Below, piece by piece: positions 36,601-51,900 of a stretch of 64,000 bases of DNA (position 1 is the first letter of the stretch; each line of letters starts with the position of its first letter). A program made the position numbers and the translations under genes. The notes beneath the pieces were generated by a model. It did no database searches, was not told the DNA's origin, and saw nothing but the letters and a program-made list of their open reading frames with translations. Origin of the DNA: Paragordius varius (Eukaryota; Animalia; Nematomorpha); NCBI GenBank assembly GCA_964247055.1, contig OZ176052.1:13950001-14014000 (forward strand), written 5' to 3'.

Positions 36601-39600
36601 CCATAGGGCTACCCAAAAAAAATTATAGTGACATCACCTGATCAAATTTGGATTTTAGGTAGCCATTTTTATTTTTAAAATCGTATAAAATAAATTTTTT
36701 AAATATTTAAAAAATTCATAAAAATTACATTTATACTCCGATCTCGACAATATTTGGGGTGATGATGGAACTACCATAGGGCTACCCAAAAAAAATTATA
36801 GTGACATCACCTGATCAAATTTGGATTTTAGGTAGCCATTTTTATTTTTAAAATCGTATAAAATAAATTTTTTAAATATTTAAAAAATTCATAAAAATTA
36901 CATTTATACTCCGATCTCGACAATATTTGGGGTGATGATGGAACTACCATAGGGCTACCCAAAAAAAATTATGGCGACATCACCTGATCAAATTTGGATT
37001 TTAGGTAGCCATTTTTATTTTTAAAATCGTATAAAATGAATTTTTTAAATATTAAAAAATTCAAAAAAATTACATTTATACTCCGATCTCGAAAATATTT
37101 GGGGTGATGATGGAACTACCATAGGGCTACCCAAAAAAAATTATGGCGACATCACCTGATCAAATTTGGATTTTAGGTAGCCATTTTTATTTTTAAAATC
37201 GTATAAAATAAATTTTTTAAATATTTAAAAAATTCATAAAAATTACATTTATACTCCGATCTCGACAATATTTGGGGTGATGATGGAACTACCATAGGGC
37301 TACCCAAAAAAAATTATAGTGACATCACCTGATCAAATTTGGATTTTAGGTAGCCATTTTTATTTTTAAAATCGTATAAAATAAATTTTTTAAATATTTA
37401 AAAAATTCATAAAAATTACATTTATAGTCCGATCCCCAAAATATTTGGGGTGATGATGGAACAACCATAGGGCTACGCAAAAAAAATTATGGCGACATCA
37501 CCTGATCAAATTTGGATTTTAGGTAGCCATTTTTATTTTTAAAATCGTATAAAATAAATTTTTTAAATATTTAAAAAATTCATAAAAATTACATTTATAG
37601 TCCGATCCCCAAAATATTTGGGGTGATGATGGAACAACCATAGGGCTACGCAAAAAAAATTATGGCGACATCACCTGATCAAATTTGGATTTTAGGTAGC
37701 CATTTTTATTTTTAAAATCGTATAAAATAAATTTTTTAAATATTTAAAAAATTCAAAAAAATTACATTTATACTCCGATCTCGAAAATATTTGGGGTGAT
37801 GATGGAACTACCATAGGGCTACCCAAAAAAAATTATGGCGACATCACCTGATCAAATTTGGATTTTAGGTAGCCATTTTTATTTTTAAAATCGTATAAAA
37901 TAAATTTTTTAAATATTTAAAAAATTCATAAAAATTACATTTATACTCCGATCTCGAAAATATTTGGGGTGATGATGGAACTACCATAGGGCTACCCAAA
38001 AAAAATTATAGTGACATCACCTGATCAAATATGGATTTTAGGTAGCCATTTTTATTTTTAAAATCGTATAAAATAAATTTTTTAAATATTTAAAAAATTC
38101 ATAAAAATTACATTTATACTCCGATCTCGACAATATTTGGGGTGATGATGGAACTACCATAGGGCTACCCAAAAAAAATTATAGTGACATCACCTGATCA
38201 AATTTGGATTTTAGGTAGCCATTTTTATTTTTAAAATCGTATAAAATAAATTTTTTAAATATTTAAAAAATTCATAAAAATTACATTTATAGTCCGATCC
38301 ACAAAATATTTGGGGTGATGATGGAACAACCATAGGGCTACGCAAAAAAAATTATGGCGACATCACCTGATCAAATTTAGATTTTAGGTAGCCATTTTTA
38401 TTTTTAAAATCGTATAAAATAAATTTTTTAAATATTTAAAAAATTCAAAAAAATTACATTTATACTCCGATCTCGAAAATATTTGGGGTGATGATGGAAC
38501 TACCATAGGGCTACCCAAAAAAAATTATGGCGACATCACCTGATCAAATTTGGATTTTAGGTAGCCATTTTTATTTTTAAAATCGTATAAAATAAATTTT
38601 TAAATATTTAAAAAATTCATAAAAATTACATTTATACTCCGATCTCGAAAATATTTGCGGTGATGATGGAACTACCATAGGGCTACCCAAAAAAAATTAT
38701 AGTGACATCACCTGATCAAATTTGGATTTTAGGTAGCCATTTTTATTTTTAAAATCGTATAAAATAAATTTTTTAAATATTTAAAAAATTCATAAAAATT
38801 ACATTTATAGTCCGATCTCGAAAATATTTGGGGTGATGATGGAACTACCATAGGGCTACCCAATATAAATTATAGTGACATCACCTGATCAAATTTGGAT
38901 TTTAGGTAGCCATTTTTATTTTTAAAATCGTATAAAATAAATTTTTTAAATATTTAAAAAATTCATAAAAATTACATTTATACTCCGATCTCGACAATAT
39001 TTGGGGTGATGATGGAACTACCATAGGGCTACCCAAAAAAAATTATAGTGACATCACCTGATCAAATTTGGATTTTAGGTAGCCATTTTTATTTTTAAAA
39101 TCGTATAAAATAAATTTTTTAAATATTTAAAAAATTCATAAAAATTACATTTATAGTCCGATCCCCAAAATATTTGGGGTGATGATGGAACAACCATAGG
39201 GCTACGCAAAAAAAATTATGGCGACATCACCTGATCAAATTTGGATTTTAGGTAGCCATTTTTATTTTTAAAATCGTATAAAATAAATTTTTTAAATATT
39301 TAAAAAATTCATAAAAATTACATTTATAGTCCGATCCCCAAAATATTTGGGGTGATGATGGAACAACCATAGGGCTACGCAAAAAAAATTATGGCGACAT
39401 CACCTGATCAAATTTGGATTTTAGGTAGCCATTTTTATTTTTAAAATCGTATAAAATAAATTTTTAAATATTTAAAAAATTCATAAAAATTACATTTATA
39501 CTCCGATCTCGACAATATTTGAAGTGATGATGGAACTACCATAGGGCTACCCAAAAAAAATTATAGTGACATCACCTGATCAAATTTGGATTTTAGGTAG

Positions 39601-42600
39601 CCATTTTTATTTTTAAAATCGTATAAAATAAATTTTTTAAATATTTAAAAAATTCATAAAAATTACATTTATAGTCCGATCTCGAAAATATTTGGGGTGA
39701 TGATGGAACTACCATAGGGCTACCCAATATAAATTATAGTGACATCACCTGATCAAATTTGGATTTTAGGTAGCCATTTTTATTTTTAAAATCGTATAAA
39801 ATAAATTTTTTAAATATTTAAAAAATTCATAAAAATTACATTTATACTCCGATCTCGACAATATTTGGGGTGATGATGGAACTACCATAGGGCTACCCAA
39901 AAAAAATTATAGTGACATCACCTGATCAAATTTGGATTTTAGGTAGCCATTTTTATTTTTAAAATCGTATAAAATAAATTTTTTAAATATTTAAAAAATT
40001 CATAAAAATTACATTTATAGTCCGATCCCCAAAATATTTGGGGTGATGATGGAACAACCATAGGGCTACGCAAAAAAAATTATGGCGACATCACCTGATC
40101 AAATTTGGATTTTAGGTAGCCATTTTTATTTTTAAAATCGTATAAAATAAATTTTTTAAATATTTAAAAAATTCATAAAAATTACATTTATAGTCCGATC
40201 CCCAAAATATTTGGGGTGATGATGGAACAACCATAGGGCTACGCAAAAAAAATTATGGCGACATCACCTGATCAAATTTGGATTTTAGGTAGCCATTTTT
40301 ATTTTTAAAATCGTATAAAATAAATTTTTTAAATATTTAAAAAATTCAAAAAAATTACATTTATACTCCGATCTCGAAAATATTTGGGGTGATGATGGAA
40401 CTACCATAGGGCTACCCAAAAAAAATTATGGCGACATCACCTGATCAAATTTGGATTTTAGGTAGCCATTTTTATTTTTAAAATCGTATAAAATAAATTT
40501 TTTAAATATTTAAAAAATTCATAAAAATTACATTTATACTCCGATCTCGAAAATATTTGGGGTGATGATGGAACTACCATAGGGCTACCCAAAAAAAATT
40601 ATAGTGACATCACCTGATCAAATATGGATTTTAGGTAGCCATTTTTATTTTTAAAATCGTATAAAATAAATTTTTTAAATATTTAAAAAATTCATAAAAA
40701 TTACATTTATACTCCGATCTCGACAATATTTGGGGTGATGATGGAACTACCATAGGGCTACCCAAAAAAAATTATGGCGACATCACCTGATCAAATTTGG
40801 ATTTTAGGTAGCCATTTTTATTTTTAAAATCGTATAAAATAAATTTTTAAATATTTAAAAAATTCATAAAAATTACATTTATACTCCGATCTCGAAAATA
40901 TTTGCGGTGATGATGGAACTACCATAGGGCTACCCAAAAAAAATTATAGTGACATCACCTGATCAAATTTGGATTTTAGGTAGCCATTTTTATTTTTAAA
41001 ATCGTATAAAATAAATTTTTTAAATATTTAAAAAATTCATAAAAATTACATTTATACTCCGATCTCGACAATATTTGAAGTGATGATGGAACTACCATAG
41101 GGCTACCCAAAAAAAATTATAGTGACATCACCTGATCAAATTTGGATTTTAGGTAGCCATTTTTATTTTTAAAATCGTATAAAATAAATTTTTTAAATAT
41201 TTAAAAAATTCATAAAAATTACATTTATAGTCCGATCCCCAAAATATTTGGGGTGATGATGGAACAACCATAGGGCTACGCAAAAAAAATTATGGCGACA
41301 TCACCTGATCAAATTTGGATTTTAGGTAGCCATTTTTATTTTTAAAATCGTATAAAATAAATTTTTTAAATATTTAAAAAATTCAAAAAAATTACATTTA
41401 TACTCCGATCTCGAAAATATTTGGGGTGATGATGGAACTACCATAGGGCTACCCAAAATAAATTATGGCGACATCACCTGATCAAATTTGGATTTTAGGT
41501 AGCCATTTTTATTTTTAAAATCGTATAAAATAAATTTTTTAAATATTTAAAAATTCATAAAAATTACATTTATACTCCGATCTCGAAAATATTTGGGGTA
41601 ATGATGGAACTACCATAGGGCTACCCAAAAAAAATTATAGTGACATCACCTGATCAAATTTGGATTTTAGGTAGCCATTTTTATTTTTAAAATCGTATAA
41701 AATAAATTTTTTAAATATTTAAAAAATTCATAAAAATTACATTTATACTCCGATCTCGACAATATTTGGGGTGATGATGGAACTACCATAGGGCTACCCA
41801 AAAAAAATTATAGTGACATCACCTGATCAAATTTGGATTTTAGGTAGCCATTTTTATTTTTAAAATCGTATAAAATAAATTTTTTAAATATTTAAAAAAT
41901 TCATAAAAATTACATTTATAGTCGGATCCACAAAATATTTGGGGTGATGATGGAACAACCATAGGGCTACGCAAAAAAAATTATGGCGACATCACCTGAT
42001 CAAATTTAGATTTTAGGTAGCCATTTTTATTTTTAAAATCGTATAAAATAAATATTTTAAATATTTAAAAAATTCAAAAAAATTACATTTATACTCCGAT
42101 CTCGAAAATATTTGGGGTGATGATGGAACTACCATAGGGCTACCCAAAATAAATTATGGCGACATCACCTGATCAAATTTGGATTTTAGGTAGCCATTTT
42201 TATTTTTAAAATCGTATAAAATAAATTTTTTAAATATTTAAAAATTCATAAAAATTACATTTATACTCCGATCTCGAAAATATTTGGGGTAATGATGGAA
42301 CTACCATAGGGCTACCCAAAAAAAATTATAGTGACATCACCTGATCAAATTTGGATTTTAGGTAGCCATTTTTATTTTTAAAATCGTATAAAATAAATTT
42401 TTTAAATATTTAAAAAATTCATAAAAATTACATTTATACTCCGATCTCGACAATATTTGGGGTGATGATGGAACTACCATAGGGCTACCCAAAAAAAATT
42501 ATAGTGACATCACCTGATCAAATTTGGATTTTAGGTAGCCATTTTTATTTTTAAAATCGTATAAAATAAATTTTTTAAATATTTAAAAAATTCATAAAAA

Positions 42601-45099
42601 TTACATTTATACTCCGATCTCGACAATATTTGGGGTGATGATGGAACTACCATAGGGCTACCCAAAAAAAATTATGGCGACATCACCTGATCAAATTTGG
42701 ATTTTAGGTAGCCATTTTTATTTTTAAAATCGTATAAAATGAATTTTTTAAATATTAAAAAATTCAAAAAAATTACATTTATACTCCGATCTCGAAAATA
42801 TTTGGGGTGATGATGGAACTACCATAGGGCTACCCAAAAAAAATTATGGCGACATCACCTGATCAAATTTGGATTTTAGGTAGCCATTTTTATTTTTAAA
42901 ATCGTATAAAATAAATTTTTTAAATGTTTAAAAAATTCATAAAAATTACATTTTTAGTCCGATCCCCAAAATATTTGGGGTGATGATGGAATTACCATAG
43001 GGCTACCCAAAAAAAATTATGGTGACATCACCTGATCAAATTTGGATTTTAGGTAGCCATTTTTATTTTTAATATCGTATAAAATAAATTTTTTAAATAT
43101 TTAAAAAATTCATAAAAATTACATTTATACTCCGATCTCGACAATATTTGGGGTGATGATGGAACTACCATAGGGCTACCCAAAAAAAATTATAGTGACA
43201 TCACCTGATCAAATTTGGATTTTAGGTAACCATTTTTATTTTTAATATCGTATAAAATAAATTTTTTAAATATTTAAAAATTCATAAAAATTACATTTAT
43301 ACTCCGATCTCGAAAATATTTGGGGTGATGATGGAATTACCATAGGGCTACCCAAAAAAATTATGGTGACATCACCTGATCAAATTTGGATTTTAGGTAG
43401 CCATTTTTATTTTTAATATCGTATAAAATAAATTTTTTAAATATTTAAAAAATTCATAAAAATTACATTTATACTCCGATCTCGACAATATTTGGGGTGA
43501 TGATGGAACTACCATAGGGCTACCCAAAAAAAATTATAGTGACATCACCTGATCAAATTTGGATTTTAGGTAGCCATTTTTATTTTTAAAATCGTATAAA
43601 ATAAATTTTTTAAATATTTAAAAAATTCATAAAAATTACATTTATAGTCCGATCCCCAAAATATTTGGGGTGATGATGGAACAACCATAGGGCTACGCAA
43701 AATAAATTATGGTGACATAACCTGATCAAATTTGGATTTTAGGTAGCCATTTTTATTTTTAATATCGTATAAAATAAATTTTTTAAATATTTAAAAATTC
43801 ATAAAAATTACATTTATACTCCGATCTCGAAAATATTTGGGGTGATGATGGAACTACCATAGGGCTACCCAAAAAAAATTATGGCGACATCACCTGATCA
43901 AATTTGGATTTTAGGTAGCCATTTTTATTTTTAAAATCGTATAAAATAAATTTTTAAATATTTAAAAAATTCATAAAAATTACATTTATACTCCGATCTC
44001 GAAAATATTTGGGGTGATGATGGAACTACCATAGGGCTACCCAAAAAAAATTATAGTGACATCACCTGATCAAATTTGGATTTTAGGTAGCCATTTTTAT
44101 TTTTAAAATCGTATAAAATAAATTTTTTAAATATTTAAAAAATTCATAAAAATTACATTTATAGTCCGATCCCCAAAATATTTGGGGTGATGATGGAATT
44201 ACCATAGGGCTACCCAAAAAAATTATGGTGACATCACCTGATCAAATTTGGATTTTAGGTAGCCATTTTTATTTTTAATATCGTATAAAATAAATTTTTT
44301 AAATATTTAAAAAATTCATAAAAATTACATTTATACTCCGATCTCGACAATATTTGGGGTGATGATGGAACTACCATAGGGCTACCCAAAAAAAATTATA
44401 GTGACATCACCTGATCAAATTTGGATTTTAGGTAGCCATTTTTATTTTTAAAATCGTATAAAATAAATTTTTTAAATATTTAAAAAATTCATAAAAATTA
44501 CATTTATAGTCCGATCCCCAAAATATTTGGGGTGATGATGGAACAACCATAGGGCTACGCAAAATAAATTATGGTGACATCACCTGATCAAATTTGGATT
44601 TTAGGTAGCCATTTTTATTTTTAATATCGTATAAAATAAATTTTTTAAATATTTAAAAATTCATAAAAATTACATTTATACTCCGATCTCGAAAATATTT
44701 GGGGTGATGATGGAACTACCATAGGGCTACCCAAAAAAAATTATAGTGACATCACCTGATCAAATTTGGATTTTAGGTAGCCATTTTTATTTTTAAAATC
44801 GTATAAAATAAATTTTTTAAATATTTAAAAAATTCATAAAAATTACATTTATACTCCGATCTCGACAATATTTGGGGTGATGATGGAACTACCATAGGGC
44901 TACCCAAAAAAAATTATGGCGACATCACCTGATCAAATTTGGATTTTAGGTAGCCATTTTTATTTTTAAAATCGTATAAAATAAATTTTTTAAATATTAA
45001 AAAATTCAAAAAAATTACATTTATACTCCGATCTCGAAAATATTTGGGGTGATGATGGAACTACCATAGGGCTACCCAAAAAAAATTATGGCGACATCA

Positions 45100-48000
45100 C
45101 CTGATCAAATTTGGATTTTAGGTAGCCATTTTTATTTTTAAAATCGTATAAAATAAATTTTTTAAATGTTTAAAAAATTCATAAAAATTACATTTTTAGT
45201 CCGATCCCCAAAATATTTGGGGTGATGATGGAATTACCATAGGGCTACCCAAAAAAAATTATGGTGACATCACCTGATCAAATTTGGATTTTAGGTAGCC
45301 ATTTTTATTTTTAATATCGTATAAAATAAATTTTTTAAATATTTAAAAATTCATAAAAATTACATTTATACTCCGATCTCGAAAATATTTGGGGTGATGA
45401 TGGAACTACTATAGGGCTACCCAAAAAAAATTATAGTGACATCACCTGATCAAATTTGGATTTTAGGTAGCCATTTTTATTTTTAAAATCGTATAAAATA
45501 AATTTTTTAAATATTTAAAAAATTTATAAAAATTAAATTTATACTCCGATCTCGACAATATTTGGGGTGATGATGGAACTACCATAGGGCTACCCAAAAA
45601 AAATTATAGTGACATCACCTGATCAAATTTGGATTTTAGGTAGCCATTTTTATTTTTAAAATCGTATAAAATAAATTTTTTAAATATTTAAAAAATTCAT
45701 AAAAATTACATTTATAGTCCGATCCCCAAAATATTTGGGGTGATGATGGAACAACCATAGGGCTACGCAAAAAAAATTATGGCGACATCACCTGATCAAA
45801 TTTGGATTTTAGGTAGCCATTTTTATTTTTAAAATCGTATAAAATAAATTTTTTAAATATTTAAAAAATTCATAAAAATTACATTTATACTCCGATCTCG
45901 ACAATATTTGGGGTGATGATGGAACTACCATAGGGCTACCCAAAAAAAATTATGGCGACATCACCTGATCAAATTTGGATTTTAGGTAGCCATTTTTATT
46001 TTTAAAATCGTATAAAATAAATTTTTTAAATGTTTAAAAAATTCATAAAAATTACATTTTTAGTCCGATCCCCAAAATATTTGGGGTGATGATGGAATTA
46101 CCATAGGGCTACCCAAAAAAAATTATGGTGACATCACCTGATCAAATTTGGATTTTAGGTAGCCATTTTTATTTTTAATATCGTATAAAATAAATTTTTT
46201 AAATATTTAAAAATTCATAAAAATTACATTTATACTCCGATCTCGAAAATATTTGGGGTGATGATGGAACTACCATAGGGCTACCCAAAAAAAATTATAG
46301 TGACATCACCTGATCAAATTTGGATTTTAGGTAGCCATTTTTATTTTTAAAATCGTATAAAATAAATTTTTTAAATATTTAAAAAATTCATAAAAATTAC
46401 ATTTATACTCCGATCTCGACAATATTTGGGGTGATGATGGAACTACCATAGGGCTACCCAAAAAAAATTATAGTGACATCACCTGATCAAATTTGGATTT
46501 TAGGTAGCCATTTTTATTTTTAAAATCGTATAAAATAAATTTTTTAAATATTTAAAAAATTCATAAAAATTACATTTATAGTCCGATCCCCAAAATATTT
46601 GGGGTGATGATGGAACAACCATAGGGCTACGCAAAAAAAATTATGGCGACATCACCTGATCAAATTTGGATTTTAGGTAGCCATTTTTATTTTTAAAATC
46701 GTATAAAATAAATTTTTTAAATATTTAAAAAATTCATAAAAATTACATTTATACTCCGATCTCGACAATATTTGGGGTGATGATGGAACTACCATAGGGC
46801 TACCCAAAAAAAATTATAGTGACATCACCTGATCAAATTTGGATTTTAGGTAGCCATTTTTATTTTTAAAATCGTATAAAATAAATTTTTTAAATATTTA
46901 AAAAATTCATAAAAATTACATTTATAGTCCGATCCCCAAAATATTTGGGGTGATGATGGAACAACCATAGGGCTACGCAAAATAAATTATGGCGACATCA
47001 CCTGATCAAATTTGGATTTTAGGTAGCCATTTTTATTTTTAAAATCGTATAAAATAAATTTTTTAAATATTTAAAAAATTCAAAAAAATTACATTTATAC
47101 TCCGATCTCGAAAATATTTGGGGTGATGATGGAACTACCATAGGGCTACCCAAAAAAAATTATGGCGACATCACCTTATCAAATTTGGATTTTAGGTAGC
47201 CATTTTTATTTTTAAAATCGTATAAAATAAATTTTTTAAATGTTTAAAAAATTCATAAAAATTACATTTTTAGTCCGATCCCCAAAATATTTGGGGTGAT
47301 GATGGAATTACCATAGGGCTACCCAAAAAAAATTATGGTGACATCACCTGATCAAATTTGGATTTTAGGTAGCCATTTTTATTTTTAATATCGTATAAAA
47401 TAAATTTTTTAAATATTTAAAAATTCATAAAAATTACATTTATACTCCGATCTCGAAAATATTTGGGCTGATGATGGAACTACCATAGGGCTACCCAAAA
47501 AAAATTATAGTGACATCACCTGATCAAATTTGGATTTTAGGTAGCCATTTTTATTTTTAAAATCGTATAAAATAAATTTTTTAAATATTTAAAAAATTCA
47601 TAAAAATTACATTTATACTCCGATCTCGACAATATTTGGGGTGATGATGGAACTACCATAGGGCTACCCAAAAAAAATTATAGTGACATCACCTGATCAA
47701 ATTTGGATTTTAGGTAGCCATTTTTATTTTTAAAATCGTATAAAATAAATTTTTTAAATATTTAAAAAATTCATAAAAATTACATTTATAGTCCGATCCC
47801 CAAAATATTTGGGGTGATGATGGAACAACCATAGCGCTACGCAAAATAAATTATGGCGACATCACCTGATCAAATTTGGATTTTAGGTAGCCATTTTTAT
47901 TTTTAAAATCGTATAAAATAAATTTTTTAAATATTTAAAAAATTCAAAAAAATTACATTTATACTCCGATCTCGAAAATATTTGGGGTGATGATGGAACT

Positions 48001-51000
48001 ACCATAGGGCTACCCAAAAAAAATTATGGCGACATCACCTGATCAAATTTGGATTTTAGGTAGCCATTTTTATTTTTAAAATCGTATAAAATAAATTTTT
48101 TAAATGTTTAAAAAATTCATAAAAATTACATTTTTAGTCCGATCCCCAAAATATTTGGGGTGATGATGGAATTACCATAGGGCTACCCAAAAAAAATTAT
48201 GGTGACATCACCTGATCAAATTTGGATTTTAGGTAGCCATTTTTATTTTTAATATCGTATAAAATAAATTTTTTAAATATTTAAAAATTCATAAAAATTA
48301 CATTTATACTCCGATCTCGAAAATATTTGGGGTGATGATGGAACTACCATAGGGCTACCCAAAAAAAATTATAGTGACATCACCTGATCAAATTTGGATT
48401 TTAGGTAGCCATTTTTATTTTTAAAATCGTATAAAATAAATTTTTTAAATATTTAAAAAATTCATAAAAATTACATTTATACTCCGATCTCGACAATATT
48501 TGGGGTGATGATGGAACTACCATAGGGCTACCCAAAAAAAATTATAGTGACATCACCTGATCAAATTTGGATTTTAGGTAGCCATTTTTATTTTTAAAAT
48601 CGTATAAAATAAATTTTTTAAATATTTAAAAAATTCATAAAAATTACATTTATAGTCCGATCCCCAAAATATTTGGGGTGATGATGGAACAACCATAGGG
48701 CTACGCAAAAAAAATTATGGCGACATCACCTGATCAAATTTGGATTTTAGGTAGCCATTTTTATTTTTAAAATCGTATAAAATAAATTTTTTAAATATTT
48801 AAAAAATTCATAAAAATTACATTTATACTCCGATCTCGACAATACTTGGGGTGATGATGGAACTACCATAGGGCTACCCAAAAAAAATTATAGTGACATC
48901 ACCTGATCAAATTTGGATTTTAGGTAGCCATTTTTATTTTTAAAATCGTATAAAATAAATTTTTTAAATATTTAAAAAATTCATAAAAATTACATTTATA
49001 GTCCGATCCCCAAAATATTTGGGGTGATGATGGAACAACCATAGGGCTACGCAAAATAAATTATGGCGACATCACCTGATCAAATTTGGATTTTAGGTAG
49101 CCATTTTTATTTTTAAAATCGTATAAAATAAATTTTTTAAATATTTAAAAAATTCAAAAAAATTACATTTATACTCCGATCTCGAAAATATTTGGGGTGA
49201 TGATGGAACTACCATAGGGCTACCCAAAAAAAATTATGGCGACATCACCTGATCAAATTTGGATTTTAGGTAGCCATTTTTATTTTTAAAATCGTATAAA
49301 ATAAATTTTTTAAATGTTTAAAAAATTCATAAAAATTACATTTTTAGTCCGATCCCCAAAATATTTGGGGTGATGATGGAATTACCATAGGGCTACCCAA
49401 AAAAAATTATGGTGACATCGCCTGATCAAATTTGGATTTTAGGTAGCCATTTTTATTTTTAATATCGTATAAAATAAATTTTTTAAATATTTAAAAATTC
49501 ATAAAAATTACATTTATACTCCGATCTCGAAAATATTTGGGGTGATGATGGAACTACCATAGGGCTACCCAAAAAAAATTATAGTGACATCACCTGATCA
49601 AATTTGGATTTTAGGTAGCCATTTTTATTTTTAAAATCGTATAAAATAAATTTTTTAAATATTTAAAAAATTCATAAAAATTACATTTATACTCCGATCT
49701 CGACAATATTTGGGGTGATGATGGAACTACCATAGGGCTACCCAAAAAAAATTATAGTGACATCACCTGATCAAATTTGGATTTTAGGTAGCCATTTTTA
49801 TTTTTAAAATCGTATAAAATAAATTTTTTAAATATTTAAAAAATTCATAAAAATTACATTTATAGTCCGATCCCCAAAATATTTGGGGTGATGATGGAAC
49901 AACCATAGGGCTACGCAAAAAAAATTATGGCGACATCACCTGATCAAATTTGGATTTTAGGTAGCCATTTTTATTTTTAAAATCGTATAAAATAAATTTT
50001 TTAAATATTTAAAAAATTCATAAAAATTACATTTATACTCCGATCTCGACAATACTTGGGGTGATGATGGAACTACCATAGGGCTACCCAAAAAAAATTA
50101 TAGTGACATCACCTGATCAAATTTGGATTTTAGGTAGCCATTTTTATTTTTAAAATCGTATAAAATAAATTTTTTAAATGTTTAAAAAATTCATAAAAAT
50201 TACATTTATAGTCCGATCCCCAAAATATTTGGGGTGATGATGGAACAACCATAGGGCTACGCAAAATAAATTATGGCGACATCACCTGATCAAATTTGGA
50301 TTTTAGGTAGCCATTTTTATTTTTAAAATCGTATAAAATAAATTTTTTAAATATTTAAAAAATTCAAAAAAATTACATTTATACTCCGATCTCGAAAATA
50401 TTTGGGGTGATGATGGAACTACCATAGGGCTACCCAAAAAAAATTATGGCGACATCACCTGATCAAATTTGGGTTTTAGGTAGCCATTTTTATTTTTAAA
50501 ATCGTATAAAATAAATTTTTTAAATGTTTAAAAAATTCATAAAAATTACATTTTTAGTCCGATCCCCAAAATATTTGGGGTGATGATGGAATTACCATAG
50601 GGCTACCCAAAAAAAATTATGGTGACATCACCTGATCAAATTTGGATTTTAGGTAGCCATTTTTATTTTTAATATCGTATAAAATAAATTTTTTAAATAT
50701 TTAAAAATTCATAAAAATTACATTTATACTCCGATCTCGAAAATATTTGGGGTGATGATGGAACTACCATAGGGCTACCCAAAAAAAATTATAGTGACAT
50801 CACCTGATCAAATTTGGATTTTAGGTAGCCATTTTTATTTTTAAAATCGTATAAAATAAATTTTTTAAATATTTAAAAAATTCATAAAAATTACATTTAT
50901 ACTCCGATCTCGACAATATTTGGGGTGATGATGGAACTACCATAGGGCTACCCAAAAAAAATTATAGTGACATCACCTGATCAAATTTGGATTTTAGGTA

Positions 51001-51900
51001 GCCATTTTTATTTTTAAAATCGTATAAAATAAATTTTTTAAATATTTAAAAAATTCATAAAAATTACATTTATAGTCCGATCCCCAAAATATTTGGGGTG
51101 ATGATGGAACAACCATAGGGCTACGCAAAAACAATTATGGCGACATCACCTGATCAAATTTGGATTTTAGGTAGCCATTTTTATTTTTAAAATCGTATAA
51201 AATAAATTTTTTAAATATTTAAAAAATTCATAAAAATTACATTTATACTCCGATCTCGACAATATTTGGGGTGATGATGGAACTACCATAGGGCTACCCA
51301 AAAAAAATTATGGCGACATCACCTGATCAAATTTGGATTTTAGGTAGCCATTTTTATTTTTAAAATCGTATAAAATAAATTTTTTAAATATTTAAAAAAT
51401 TCATAAAAATTACATTTATAGTCCGATCCCCAAAATATTTGGGGTGATGATGGAACAACCATAGGGCTACGCAAAATAAATTATGGCGACATCACCTGAT
51501 CAAATTTGGATTTTAGGTAGCCATTTTTATTTTTAAAATCGTATAAAATAAATTTTTTAAATATTTAAAAAATTCAAAAAAATTACATTTATACTCCGAT
51601 CTCGAAAATATTTGGGGTGATGATGGAACTACCATAGGGCTACCCAAAAAAAATTATGGCGACATCACCTGATCAAATTTGGATTTTAGGTAGCCATTTT
51701 TATTTTTAAAATCGTATAAAATAAATTTTTTAAATGTTTAAAAAATTCATAAAAATTACATTTTTAGTCCGATCCCCAAAATATTTGGGGTGATGATGGA
51801 ACTACCATAGGGCTACCCAAAAAAAATTATAGTGACATCACCTGATCAAATTTGGATTTTAGGTAGCCATTTTTATTTTTAAAATCGTATAAAATAAATT
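45100..51900. repeat. HOR domain of 5-mer and 7-mer units
   Basis: The G of marker cattttta-G-tcc falls at 45199, 46063, 47273, 48137, 49347, 50557 and 51767, giving spacings of 864, 1210, 864, 1210, 1210 and 1210. Confidence 0.85.
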
